From: Phoronis australis
Taxonomy: Eukaryota > Animalia > Phoronida
NCBI GenBank assembly: GCA_002633005.1
Contig: NMRA01000322.1
Coordinates: forward strand, 445,150 to 509,149
Direction: 5' to 3'
DNA length: 64,000 nt
In this document: positions 24,020 to 37,190 of the stretch, in pieces
How the letters are laid out: every line of letters starts with the position of its first letter
Position numbering within the stretch: position 1 is the first letter of the stretch
Position numbers and translations under genes: made by a program
Notes under the pieces: generated by a model
The model's database searches: none
Seen by the model: only the letters and a program-made list of their open reading frames with translations
What the model was told of the DNA's origin: nothing

Positions 24020-25371
24020 ATCTAGGCTAGGTCTTGGTCTTGCCATACGAAATGAGGAGAGGTGCTTTGTGGTGTGAAAAATATTGTTAAAGAGTCAGTT
24101 GACAATTTGTTTTTTTTTTTGAAAATTGAAACCAAGAGAAAATGCTTGACATTCAAAATCTTTATGAAGAAGCTGTGAAAATACCTGTAAACATCAATTT
24201 TAATGTCCAGTACAATAAAAAAAATTTCGGTATCGATAGGCTGTTCAAAGTCTTCCAATAGTAGAACTGTTGGAACTGTGAGTACTTATGGCAATGCTAC
24301 CCGACTACTACAGCCGACCATGATTANGGAGATGACGTACTTGCTGGAAGTAAAACATGCTATGTCTGCCAAGTGTCGCTAGTGAATAGTGACGTCACGC
24401 CTTGTATGATGATCACAGATTTCGTCCATTGAAAACATACAAAGTTGGTGGCCTATGTACCATAGTCAGTGATGCCAGTAAAAGAACAATAAGCTAGTTG
24501 AAAGTTGTATTCACTTATTGTTACATCTAGATTAATTTAGACAGAGAACGATTATAGTGCTCAGTAGTGAACAGAAATGAGTGTGTCCTTGCATTGTTGA
24601 TCGCCGCCATTTTCATGAATGCAAGATTGCAAAGGTTGCAGGCAAAATTTTTGGTCCGCAGCATGCCTGTAAGGTGTGCTGTGTGTTTGGGTAACATAAT
24701 TGGAGCGGAAAGTATGCTCAAATCTGGCTAAGGGCATGCAAAATTTGATCCAAAGTGGTCAAATCCCAATAACATGAATGAATGTATAACAATTTTTCAT
24801 TTGTTCTTTAGAGGAATATTCTGCTGCAATCCAAAAATTGAGTCTAAAATGTGTGTAAAATATTTTTGTGTAATTATCTGAGTTTACCTGATCATTCATC
24901 TTCCAAACTCAGCAGATCTGTTTGTCTTTTAAAGATTTTAATCAATTCCGTAATTCTGTAGAAGAGTGACCTGATCATATTTTTACCTTATTTGTTGTGC
25001 ACTATAAACGCGAAAAACAGCAGTTGGCATGAACAGTGGTGTTTTTTAATCCATCATGGAATCTTCATCATTGCAAATGAAAAAGTTCAGTTTAAATATT
25101 GGTTAAAATGCCTTTTTAGCAGATTTTTTCAAAGGTCACTGAATTAAAGCTTTTTAAAAACCTATCGGATGGATTTCATGCTGTACACACTGCCTAGTTT
25201 CCTTATTTATTATTTTTGTACCGACCAAACCAGACTTTTGGACGTATCTGACGTGCACAGTGCCCCCTATTGGATGTTTTAGTTTTTTATGATCTTGGAA
25301 GGTGTGTTCCTATTGAGGAGAGAATTGGTGACTCCCTATGCATCTCCTAGAGGTTATTTTAAGTTAACTGT

Positions 25372-25531
25372 GGGGGCGGATCCAAGATTGTAAGTTAGGA
25401 GGAGCCAGGGTAGAATATTAGCTAGGATTTTGCCTGTCAGATATTCGTAACCCCAAACTGCCAAATGGAATCTGGGAGAATTTTTAGGGGCGTGGGAGGG
25501 CGTGACCACCTGCCCCCCTAAATCCGCCACT
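25372..25531. mobile_element. Short hAT-like MITE (GGGGCGGATCC...AAATCCGCCACTG); sister copy at 35104-35270
   Basis: Imperfect TIRs and a shared internal AGGATTTTGCC...AACTGCCAAAT block. No TSD confirmed. Confidence 0.55.
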
Positions 25532-26249
25532 GAACCGTCTTTGTTCCGTTTGGTGGAAAAGTATGAAATTGTAAATCCTACCTGTATCTGTAACATATGT
25601 GATCCACACAGGGGGCGCTGCTCTCGTTATGTTACTCATAAAATCTATGTCCTTTAACATTAACTGTGACAATTGATAACATCTTCATACCTCGAATCCT
25701 CTTCCCCTTGTCATCGTTTGTCATTTTTAATCCTCTCTATCTACCTACCTGACAGTAATGACGTCCGACTTAGTATGTGACATCAGTACACACACTGTCT
25801 AAGCATGTTTTATGTCGAGACGTAGGGAACACCTATCGTGTAGTTTTTAAATATTATATTTTTAAATGGTCATGTTTGGCGTAATGCCTGACCTGATATT
25901 CTACATTAAGTGCCCAGGGCATGAACTCGCGGGGGGGGAGTTGTATTGTGTACCCATGAAATGCAGATTCACAATCTATTACTCTTCCATTGTCAGTTTT
26001 AACCTTTCATCTGTTATCAGCATATCAAAAACATTTGTCTTATCTACAAGTGTACCTGCTCGGTATTTCCAGTTCACATGCAGGCAGTGTATTGTTAGCT
26101 ACTAGGAATACAATTTCTCGAATAATAAATGTAGGAATTTCCAAATTTTACGCAGGTGAGTGGCTATTTTGTGTTAATGTTTCTGGACGCTTTATTACAT
26201 TTTTATGGGCCCACATAGCTATGTGTTGAAGTTTTTTTATCTTCAAGAC

Positions 26250-26900
26250 CCTTTGATGTATGTTCATGAAATTTTGCGCTTGTGCTCCTTTCATAGATGT
26301 GAGGGCATGAGCGAACTTTCAGAAAATTTTGACTACCTGTGTGACCCCTAGTGGCAATTTTAGTTTTTTACGTTTTTTATAAAATTTGGCATATAGGTAT
26401 CTATTAGTGTGATGATGCTATCCTCTTGTTTTCAGATGGATTCGAGGTATTTTGCGCCACCTAGTGGTCATTTTTGTTGTTTTCGAGTCTGTTTTTTGAC
26501 GTCCACCCCTCTATCAGCCAAACCATCCTGAGGACAATTTTGAAATTTGGGGTATATGTTCTCAGTGTGAAAAAGACTGTTGACAATGATGACTTTGACT
26601 ACTGTGGCACCTCCTAGTGGTAGTTTCGTTTCGTGCCCATAGCTGTATCTTCTAATCCGCTGCAGGATTCTTTTTAAATTTTGTAAGTGTATTTATGTGG
26701 AGTTAGATGACGACGACTTTCAAGCAGATCTCATGAATGCTGTGCCCTCTGGTGGCAATTTCATTTTTCCCGTTTTCCTTTGTTTCTCTGAAGTTCCTTG
26801 TCAGATTTTTATGAAATTTGGTATAAGTCTCACTTAAAGAAACTATGATATGCTCAATTTTTGAATGGATTTGATGTATTTTTCTCCATCTAGAGGCCGT
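26250..26900 (-). repeat. Dispersed degenerate-unit repeat family (reverse copy) with CTCF-like cores
   Basis: Cores near 26341, 26454, 26606 and 26742, read on the minus strand as e.g. CCACTAGGTGGCGC and GCCACCAGAGGGCAC. Confidence 0.6.
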
Positions 26901-27026
26901 TTTTATGATACAAATAAATTAACCCTAGAAGCACGCCATTTGCGGTGCATTCGTGGGTGCATTTGAATGATCCACGTTGCTCTAGTTACTGATACTTATT
27001 CAAGTGTGTAAATCTTTTCATTGCAG

Positions 27027-27075
27027 ACTTTCGGACTTGGATGAAGAATACAATGATGGCTGTATAACTGAAAAG
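27027..27075 (+). CDS. DNMT1: DNMT1 exon 2 (LSDLDEEYNDGCITEK)
   Basis: ttgcag acceptor and AAG|gtgaga donor. DMAP1-binding motif L..LD....DG.ITEKGY spans the junction. Confidence 0.92.
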
Positions 27076-29883
27076 GTGAGAAATATGTTTTATTCGTAGC
27101 CGCCACCAGGGGATTATCCACAATTTCAAAAGTGGGAGTCCAAGTTTACCAAAATATTGACTAAACGCAGGATTTCATGTGAGCGTTGGTGGTCCGACCA
27201 TCTCTGTGGACGCGATGACATGAAGTGGTGTATTCGCATATGTAATAACATAGGACTGTGAAATGAAAATAAAAGTGTCATTGATAAAACAGAGACCATT
27301 TGTTTATTCAATAACTTTAAATGGAAGTCTGTGTTTGAAACAATGAAACATTTTACTAAAAAAAGGATGTGGCGAACATATTGGAGATGCCAATGTCCAC
27401 TAAGTCCAAAAACTGTAACATACAGGTAAAGATTTCAGCAGCAATCTCGTGTCTTTTATGCAACACACATTCTGAATAAAAGCAAGTCACACTTTTATTA
27501 TACATGTTCCTGACAGTCGAGCCCATGTTTCTGTTAATCTCATGTCTTGCACAGCATTCGTAGTCAATAGTATAGCCTTGTAATGCTGGTGTGAATTTGA
27601 CGTCAAAAAGTCAGCAAAAAGTCCAAAACTCTACATGACAAAAATTCTTGCAGAAATTGCACAAGTCCACAACTTAGTCTGGACTTGAATATCTAATTAG
27701 GTAGAGTAAACAAACAGATTCACATGCGTTTCCATTTACGTGGACGGGAGAACAGGTTGAAACCAATTTTTGTAAAGATATTGACTTTACTGTAAAATGT
27801 TACCAACATTGTCGCAAATCTATTCTTCCTGTTAAAAACCAAATATTCTCAAGTTTGAAGCAAATTGTAAAAATGCCGATGTTGGATGTTGTCGGCAAAA
27901 ATTCGGTTCTTTAATTGAAAGGTTGGCCGTTCATTGCACAGGTATTTGCGTTTTGTTCACTGACCATGTTATCGCCACGATACGGATCTGTAGCTGGATT
28001 ATTTGTCGTACCAGCATCTGAGGCAACGTCTGTATGTGGAACGTCTCTCAGTTTTAAAATAATCTTAGAGTCTTTTAGGCTCTTGTACGGTAGACAACAT
28101 GACTAAGTACGTAGAATGTTCATGCCAGCCATGACGGAAACCTCAAACTACACTGCTTGTGCAAATTCCCGCAATACCCCTCCCCCCGCTGTTGCAAGCG
28201 TCGGGCGCTACAGACACGACTTGCCAATTTTTCACAGGTTGTAATCATAAATATTGGATCACCTCATAAAACCCTTATAAAGCCAATGAGCTGAGCTCAA
28301 ATTCGATTGGCCAATGGCAATGAGAAATGCACAAGCAACAACCAATAAAAGGCGTTGAAAGCATTTCCATTCACAGGTATGTCAGACTGACAGTAACTTC
28401 GACCTGTGTCTCAGGATACCCAGAATATTGAATAATGCACTAAAAAGCAATTTACACTGACAGTAAATTTCTTATTTATAAAATGACTGATGGTCTATTC
28501 ATTTCAGAGACATCTGACCAGCCGACAATATTGAGTTACTGGTCACCATTTCAAGCAGCTTTTTAAAATTTTCCCTCGTCTTTTTTAATTCTGGCCATCT
28601 CTTCGAACCTGTCCAAATTAGCATTCTAGTGGTCCAAAAGATGGTCGCTGCGTACACCCCTTGCTTGCAGCTCATTGGCCTGAATTTGATAACTTAGCAT
28701 TCACTATCATATGTTACACCGATTTCTCAACAAGGCAGTTTACGTTTTGTTTATATTTTGCCAATGAATTTTGGTGACTTAGACCTGATTCACAGCAAGA
28801 AAATCAAGTAAAATTGGGGAATATATTGATGGCAAAATATCTCAGGAAGGAAGTTTTAGCTTTCTGTTTGTGTTTTCTTTTGACATTCGTAACTTTACGC
28901 ATATTTAGTTGCAAATGTTCAGTTATTCTTATGCTAATGTCTTTGTTGCATCTCAGTGCGCCTTTGTTATGTGGGCATGCGGGCACGACTGTGTCTGACA
29001 CTTCGCTAGCGACAGGCTTAGGAGAAGGATGTTTCCTTCCTTTGCCTTCATGAAAATTGATCGTTATCATGTGTAACTGAACTGAAACGTATTCCTGATG
29101 AGATGATCATGAAATACACATTATGATGTTCAGTGGAGACTTGCTCTGTTACATTTCATTTCGTATATTTTGAACCAGGCCACAAATACCATTTTCCATC
29201 GCTGTATTCGTTGATTTTGTGAGGAATGACACTGTAATATTCCTGTGTTACGGTTCAGTCGTCAACCATCTTCACAGTTACAAAATAAACCCAAAGAAAA
29301 AATAATATGTATCGAAACGCATTAGAGAGACGACGACTTGGCAATTTCGGATGAGTTCAATATATTCTGCGCCAGGAAATGGCCATTTCAATGATACAAT
29401 AAACCAGTGCTGTTTACTAGTGGGAGAATTTCAACGTGCTATGTTACTGTTGACATACGTCTTGTGGAATAATAGTCCATGCATTGTTACTGAACTAAAT
29501 ACAGCTCACTATCATGATTTTGTATTGTTTACTGAAAAAATTTATGGTTTATAATGCCCCTCAAATTTCATTTAGATTTACGGTATGTGAATTAAGCGTT
29601 ATTTTGTGTTATTCTGATGCACTTTGAATGGAAGCAAAACACATTCAAAATAATTAGTTTAGTAAGCTACTGGTTTTCTTAAATTTGGTGTATTATTTTC
29701 TTGATATCCTCAAAATTTTTGTGTTTCAATTTAAAATTTTGAGAAATTGTTACCTCGGGCATAATGAGAGCTCCCACATAAAATGTCCATGACTCATAAT
29801 TTATGCCTCTGACCTCATATGTGTCTGCAGTTGGTACAGAGACACTCCTGTGTGCAGGCATAATTATCCCTTGATATTTTCAG

Positions 29884-29991
29884 GGTTACTTGAAGAAAAA
29901 GCTGAAGCTCATACAGAATGTAGTGTCTGAGGATATCAAAGCTAAGGTCTCCTCACTCGAAGATGATTTGAAGGCAGAAATTGTTACTGAG
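29884..29991 (+). CDS. DNMT1: DNMT1 exon 3 (GYLKKKLKLIQNVVSEDIKAKVSSLEDDLKAEIVTE)
   Basis: ttttcag acceptor and GAG|gtaggt donor, 108 nt, phase 0-0. Ends the first and begins the second DMAP1-binding repeat. Confidence 0.93.
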
Positions 29992-30015
29992 GTAGGTGAT
30001 GAGGTTGTTGGCTAA

Positions 30016-31504
30016 ACACACCCAATCTTGTACATAACATGTTCAGAAATTGCAAACTCCGGATGATTAACGGATGTGATAATGTAGGAACAAACTAAGT
30101 CAATTCAGTGGCATAGTGGGTGATAATGCAACTGCTGCTAAATTCCGTAGCTTTGTATCGAACAAGGTTGTCATGACATTGTGTCCAGACGTGAGAGAAT
30201 CTGTGAAATTTGCAATATGGTAATAAATGTCAGGATGAGGTACATTTCATTTGTTAATGCCCTGTTCGCTAGACCTTCAACGCAAATTTTGTACCTAAGT
30301 TACACCAAGCTGTTAACATAGGTTATGAGAATTTTGTGTATTTCCAAAACAAGGATCCCAGTGTGTAAATAGGGCTTGCAAACATATTGAAAGTGGTGTC
30401 CGTTATTCACTAATAAAGACTATTATTACAATAAAATTCAATTTTAGTTTAGTTTAGTTTTGTTGTTGATCCTAAACATTCCCTAAATGACAGCCACAAG
30501 TCCTATTCTATTCTATAACCCATTGTATGGTTTTGCACTATCGTGCTTACTCGTATGGTAATCGTCTCTGACACCATTTTGGGAGACTTGACAGACAATT
30601 GAATTTTTTCTGGTAAGACAAAAATTATACAGTTAGACGAACTTACCTTAAGTGAAGGATGACTGTAATTTTATGTATCCCCAGAATTCCCCCAGAGTGC
30701 TAACATGAGATACGGACATGCGCAAAGCGAACCATTCTTTAAAGCTCTTCTGTGATCAAGAGAGTGCTAACAGGGTGGGATGTGGAGGGCATGTTAGCAC
30801 TCTGGGGGAATTCTGGGGATACATAAAATTACAGTCATCCTTCACTTAAGGTAAGTTCGTCTAACTGTATAATTTTNACACACCCAATCTTGTACATAAC
30901 ATGTTCAGAAATTGCAAACTCAGGATGATTAACGGATTTGATAATGTAGGAACAAACTAAGTCAATTCAGTGGCATAGTGGGTGATCAATGTAACTGCTG
31001 CTAAATTCCGTAGCTTTGTATCGAACAAGGTTGTCATGACATTGTGTCCAGACATGAGAGAATCTGTGAAATTTGCAATGGTAATAAATGTCGGGATGAG
31101 GTACATTTCATTTGTTAATGCCCTGTTCTCTGGACCTTCAACGCAAATTTTGTGCCTAAGTTACACCAAGCTGTTAACATAGGTTATGAGAATTTTGTGT
31201 ATTTCCAAAACAAGGATCCCAGTGTGTAAATAGGGCTTGCAAACATATTGAGAGTGGTGTCCGTTATTCACTAATAAAGACTATTATTACAATAAAATTC
31301 AATTTTAGTTTAGTTTAGTTTTGTTTAGTTGTTGATCCTAAACATTCCCTAAATGACAGCCACAAGTCCTATTCTATTCTATTCTATTCTATAACCCATT
31401 GTATTGTTTTGCACTGTCGTGCTTACTCGTATGGTAATCGTCTCTGACACCATTTTGGGAGACTTGACAGACAATTGAATTTTTTCTCGTAAGACAAAAA
31501 TTAT
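30016..31504. repeat. Near-identical duplication of about 610 bp either side of a single N (probably two haplotypes assembled in tandem)
   Basis: 30016-30628 matches 30878-31504 with scattered SNPs and microsatellite length differences. N at 30877. Confidence 0.85.
30621..30876. mobile_element. 256-bp palindromic element with perfect 87-bp arms
   Basis: 30621-30707 is the exact reverse complement of 30790-30876, with an 82-bp spacer. Absent from the second copy of the duplication. Confidence 0.85.
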
Positions 31505-32298
31505 GTAGCACCAAATTATTGATTTTCATACCATGAAAAAGTGGCACTTTTGGCAACTATTTCTTCCAAAATCTGAGAGAACTTTTCAAGTGAATAACTG
31601 ATGTTTTATCCTTTAACTATGAAATAGGACTCCTCTTGGTTGCAAGACTTGTATTATGAGAATGTTGATCCTGTTAGTTGTCCAATGAAAATCAACTTGG
31701 TGAGGTTTAAATACGCATCAAGTTAATCACCTACCCGATTTCCTTGGCTGCGTTGTGCCTGTGTGGAAGTAGATGGCAATTTAACAGCACGTTTTTATAG
31801 GAAATGGATGCCATATATCATACTTGTGAGTTTTTATAATGTCACAGCTATTTTTCAGAGATAGTCATAAATAAGTCTGGCTTCCCTCTAAGTCAGTGTT
31901 GGTAATTTGCTTGTTAAAGTTACACACAGCGCAGTAAGAATGGAAGCGTGGATTGATCATTATGATTTTCATTGAAAATTTATACAAAGTTTGTTTGGTT
32001 AATGACATTTTGTTGTCTTAAATTAACATTGTTCAAACATTTTCTTGAAGGTCATTTGTTTCTCACACTCTGCTTAAGATACTTCTAATCAGAGATCGGT
32101 GTTGCTAAGCAAAATGACTTCTATGCCAGTTGTTGCATTTGTTGCCTTGGCATCTTATTAAATTCTCTGACTCGGCATTGTTTGTGATCAACGTATGTAA
32201 CAAAGACAAAAATGATGCGACACAATCTCATTACTAAAGGTGAAAAGGAGACGGAGGTTGGCGAAATAAGAGAATAAGAATGAAAAGAAATTTGTATG

Positions 32299-32770
32299 TG
32301 CTAACTGTGAAATGATACCAAAGCTAGTTTACAGTGAAACGACACGTGAGGGTATGATAAAAGATCATATATATTATGATAAACTAAACTACTACAGATA
32401 TCGACAATACAAAATTTATATAATATGTTGCGCTTTAAACTTAAGGTGGGTGACAGTGTGCCACAGATGCAGCAGAAGGATGCATCCGCCCACAGTTAAT
32501 AATGATCTAGAAAGATGGGCAATAGAGGGATGAGAAACTGCAAAATGTTAACGGAGGTAATGGGAGGGTAAAATTGAAGAAAGATTGGATTGTCATAAAG
32601 AAATTGCTCTACAACCTGTTCACAAAGTTAACAAAGAAGATTTTCTTAAATGAATGTGACAATCATCAGTATGTGAGAACTAAGAGCTGAACAAACTCAC
32701 GACATATGATCAGATTTTGACCAATAAGGAGGCTGGAAATAAGGATCACGTAGCCCAAGATAAAGAATTT
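32299..32770 (+). repeat. Diverged copy of the 516-bp repeat family
   Basis: Shares GATACCAAAGCTAGTTTACAGTGAAAC and AAACTAAACTACTACAGATATC with 36471 and 44904. Confidence 0.7.
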
Positions 32771-32810
32771 AGTAGACCGTTCTGAACTGAAGTACACTTT
32801 ACCCTTACAG

Positions 32811-32984
32811 AAAGGTTACTTCAAGCAGCTAGGTGTGTTGTTGGAATCTGCTCTTGGTTCATGCATTGATGAGGCACCAGGGAAGTTCTCAGAAGTTACT
32901 GCAATTAAGACTGAACCAGATCAGGATTCTGCTGTTGAGACTGTTCAAGGAAGCAATGGGGGAAGCCATGCTGAAGTTATGGAG
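32811..32984 (+). CDS. DNMT1: DNMT1 exon 4 (KGYFKQLGVLLESALGSCIDEAPGKFSEVTAIKTEPDQDSAVETVQGSNGGSHAEVME)
   Basis: cttacag acceptor and GAG|gtctgt donor, 174 nt. Completes the second TEKGY repeat. Confidence 0.88.
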
Positions 32985-33622
32985 GTCTGTGTTAATTGTC
33001 AGCTATATTTAGGAAGGTGTTCCCTTGGACTAGAATATGTATGATCTTCAAGAAAAACTGGGCCTGGCATCAGAAAGCAGAAAATGAAATCAATGCGTTG
33101 TTTCAAATTGTGAATAGTGTTATGTTATTCACTGCTTGCACACTTTCGTGGCTCTGCAAATAGGGATTGTTGTGCCATCGTGAAGGCACGCATATTCCAA
33201 ACATGCAGAACCATTGGTAGTTTGGACACAACACCTGGCTTTCAAGTATAATGGCGAAATTGTGCAAGTAGTGAATAAGCGTTACATTTAGTGTTTTACA
33301 TAATACATATGCATTAGTTGAAAATTGAACATGATCATTTTTTGTTTTTAAAGGAGATCACCGAAGACGTTAACTTTTCCTCACAAGAGTTGCGTGTGTA
33401 TTTGAGTGCTGAGCGCAGCTTGTTTTGAATGTTTTTCATCGGGGAATGGCTTTGATATTCGGCCCCAAAATTGAGTCATCAAGGGCCCTGCCAGAAGCTA
33501 TGGAACATTTGTTTCCCTTTGGCTGTATAATAGTTGTTGGCAGCTTTGGACACTGGACTAAAATTCAGTTGAATTACTGAACAAATATCTGACTAACTGC
33601 CTATGTGCACCATCCATTTCAG

Positions 33623-33719
33623 GTTGAAGAGCAAGGCTCTGACAGTGGGAATACTGCTGAGGGAGAAAAACAGAAGAAAGACAAAAAAAGAGGCAGTAGG
33701 GGAAAGTCGCCAGAGGACG
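33623..33719 (+). CDS. DNMT1: DNMT1 exon 5 (VEEQGSDSGNTAEGEKQKKDKKRGSRGKSPED)
   Basis: tttcag acceptor and ACG|gtgaga donor, phase 0 to 1. Charged, NLS-like segment. Confidence 0.85.
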
Positions 33720-34007
33720 GTGAGAATACTTAAATCAACTAAGGAATATTTTGATTGAGACCACTTACCATTATGAGATTCAGTGTTTAAAGCCTAACTA
33801 TGAAGTTTAAGGCAGTGGTATTATGGGAGTGTTGTCAACAGCAAATTTCAGCCAAGTCCTGAAGATGAAGTTACTGTGTTCTATGTTGTTGGTTAAATTC
33901 TTGCGAATAATTAGATGATATGAAGTTATTTCGATAATATTCAGACTGTAGTGATAGCTAGACTGAAAAATGTGTTGTTTTCATGAATTGAGTACCAATT
34001 TTTGCAG

Positions 34008-34089
34008 AATCGCCTAGTAAGAAAACAAAACACAGGAAAGAATTGTCAGACGCGAGCCAGCCCAGTATTTTGAGCATGTTCAAGAAGGC
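34008..34089 (+). CDS. DNMT1: DNMT1 exon 6 with PCNA-interacting (PIP) box (ESPSKKTKHRKELSDASQPSILSMFKK)
   Basis: tttgcag acceptor and GGC|gtgagt donor, phase 1 to 2. QPSILSMF matches the DNMT1 QxxIxxxF PIP box. Confidence 0.9.
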
Positions 34090-34950
34090 GTGAGTATTGT
34101 GGTTATCTCATTGGTTAACACCAACACAGGCCTTTTGTCAGCTCTGAATTTTACGATAGATCACAGCATGTCAGAATTCTAAATTGAAAGGAGTTAACCA
34201 ATGATTTCATGTTATGTTCACATGTATCAGATACTTTGTTCTCACGCATCAGATACTATGTTCACATGCGCCAGATAGAGAATTATTGTGTGAAGACTCC
34301 TTAGGTTCACTCAGAGTTGCCCAGCAGTTACACCCTTGTCCCATTTCAGTGCTTGCATGCTTCATGATTACTTATGAGAATGCCCTACAATCTATGACGT
34401 ACATTGGCAGCTGTGGCAAGTGTCTCGCAAAAATAACCAATGAAGGGGATTTACTGCGATCGGCTAATTAGCATATACTCATGAAGTAGTTATTAGTATT
34501 TCTATCGCGTAATGGACAGTATTTTGTTTTTGGTGCAACAATGGTGATTGCAGGTACTTCAAGTATGATTGGCGTATTGATTACATCATACAAAGCTTGG
34601 CAGCAGCCAGGTTGACAATGTTAGCTACCCATTCCTAAATTTAACCATTCTTGGCGAAGATTGTGGACGTGCAGCCAGTTTTGTCAGTATTGTGCTTGAA
34701 CATTGTTGCAGTCACAGTAGCCACCACTTTTTAGACTTGTAACGAGTAAGCGGGAATGATGTTTTCAATTCATTGATAAAGATGAGAACACCCAAAAAAT
34801 TTGTTTGCTGTTTGCATGAGTTGTCAAGTATCAAGATGTTACAAGATAGTAAACTCCATGTAACAATAACATAACGGTTGTTCTTAGTGTGGAGAAATGC
34901 ATAACAATTTATGAAGTGTCGTATCATCATCATTAGGTTTCGTTATCTAG

Positions 34951-35058
34951 GTCAAAGCGTAAGCCCGTTGATGCCAGTGGAGACTCGAATGATGATGTGA
35001 TGCATGAAGACAAAAAGGCGAAAACAGATAGTGAAGAGGATTTGGATTCCAGTGACAG
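34951..35058 (+). CDS. DNMT1: DNMT1 exon 7 (SKRKPVDASGDSNDDVMHEDKKAKTDSEEDLDSSD)
   Basis: atctag acceptor and CAG|gtaagc donor, phase 2-2. KRK...KK.K bipartite-NLS-like segment after the PIP box. Confidence 0.85.
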
Positions 35059-35582
35059 GTAAGCTTTTTTATTATTGTACGTTCTAACTTTTATTGTGCT
35101 GTACAGGGGCGTATTCAGGATATTGAGTTGGGGAGGGGGGTGGCAGGGCAGGGCAGAGTATTAGCCAGGATTTTGCCCTTCCGATATTGGCAGCCCTGAA
35201 CTGCCAAATCTGGGTGAATTTTAGGGGGGGGGGGGCATGGCCGCCTTGGCCCTCCCTAAATCCGCCACTACTTTAAGTTCAGCTTGAGATGCATGGCTTT
35301 GTGTAGCTGCACGTTTTCTGAATGAATCATTCATGACCAAAGGAAATTACTGATCATTATCTGTTGTTGCAAAACACCCTATCAGAAATATGTGTGCCAA
35401 ATTTGGTGCTTGTATAATAATTTGAACGATTTTTCACTGATGATATCTGCTTTCCTCTATTGCTTTTTTTCTCTGCTCTTCCGAGTCCACAAATGAACGA
35501 CACGATTTTAGTAACGATTGATATATTTGTGATTATTTGCTTAAACTGCCCATTGAAAACTGTGTGGCACTGAATTTTGTTA

Positions 35583-36400
35583 GGGCTGTTCCAGCAAAAT
35601 CTGTATGGGAGGGGGGGGAAGGCACTTTTATTTCATACCCACCGCCCGTATTTTTCGTTTATTTCTCCAACCCATGACCCATAATTTTTTAATTATTTTT
35701 AATAGGTTAAAATATAAAATCCAACACTTGCAAACAAATTGCCTCCAGGAGGACCTGTTAAGAACTTATATGACTGACAGACAAGAACTAGTTGTCTTGT
35801 CCAATATTGTCAAAAACTGAAGTAGCCTGTGAGCAATACTTTTGGCAGCCACCAGGTGTCTCTGTTCACCATGTGTCTATAATTTCAATGAACATTTTTT
35901 CATTTATAAGGATCTATGAATCTCAAACTGTCTCCACAAACTCTTCTATACTTCTATGTCAAGTGAATATTGGAACTTGTTTATCTTACTCCTCATACTT
36001 TTTATTTAAAAATCATCAATTTTCTTATATGTGTTAACACCAGTTCAGTGTTGCATAACTTTTCAATTCAATAGGACTGCAGACAAACAGTTGGCTCAAA
36101 TTGAGTTGCCCATGACTTGATTAATGGCTTAGTGAACATATTGCACTCTGTTCACGGGCAATATGGGCTTTTTTGTATTTGGATAAGTTAGGACAATTGC
36201 ATTTATTATTGAGTTTTTAGGGCTGAAGTAACCAACCTATCGACATTAACAGGTCAAAAAATACCACCCATTTTTAATGCATCACTTCTTACAGGAACTA
36301 CCACCCATAATTTGAGTTTTTTTCTGAAGACCACCACCCATGAATTTTTATTTCTACTGCCGTCCCCCCCCCTCCCACACGGATTTTACTGGAACAGCCC
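35583..36400. mobile_element. PIF/Harbinger-type MITE, copy 2
   Basis: TIRs GGGCTGTTCCAG...CTGGAACAGCCC; TSD TTA at 35580-35582 and 36401-36403. Confidence 0.85.
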
Positions 36401-36470
36401 TTACGATTTTACAGTTACTTAACTTTTGGTAGCCTAGTCCATATTAAAAAAACTCTGTTGTTAATGTATA

Positions 36471-37190
36471 TTTATATGCGCTAACTGCGAAGCGATACCA
36501 AAGCTAGTTTACAGTGAAACAACACGTGTAGATGAGATAAAAGGTCATATATATCATGACAAACTAAACTACTACAGATATCGGTAATTACAAAAGTTAT
36601 ATAATATATTGAACTGTAAAGGTGGGTGACAATCTGCCAATCTGCCAAGCAACGAAGGTATACATAAGTGGTGAATAGGAAGTTAAGTAATAATATGCGG
36701 AAGCATAACAGCAACACCAAACAGCGACATGGGGAAGGTAAGGATAAACAGGGAAGTTAGGAAAATTGGTTTGAGCGAGGGAGGGAAAGAGAAATTGAGT
36801 GAAAACTGAAATTTGTAGAGAATTGTGGACGATCGCCCAGTGTTGCGACAAGACAAAGAGATCACGTGGTACAATTAAATCAATAATCGTAGAACAAAGA
36901 GGGTCACTGACCCGAGAATCCAAACAATATGATAATGAGGATGAAGCAGTATAGCTTACATAAATTAATTTATTACTTAAGTAATTTTTATATGCGCTAA
37001 CTGAGAAGCAATACCGAAGCTAGTTTACAGTGAAACAACACGTGTAGAAGAGACAAAAGGTCATATATATATTATGACAAACTATACTACTACAGATATC
37101 GGTAATTACAAAAGTTATATAATATGTTGAGCTGTAAAGGTGGGTGACAATCTGCCACAGATGCAGCAGAAAGATGCATTCGCCCACCCT
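36471..37190 (+). repeat. 516-bp repeat family, 1.4 tandem units
   Basis: TTTATATGCGCTAACTG recurs at 36471 and 36987. Highly similar to 44490-45067. Confidence 0.8.

Noticed and set aside
30016-31504. Genuine tandem duplication of DNMT1 intronic DNA
   Set aside because: The junction is a single N and the divergence looks allelic, so a haplotype assembly artefact is more likely.
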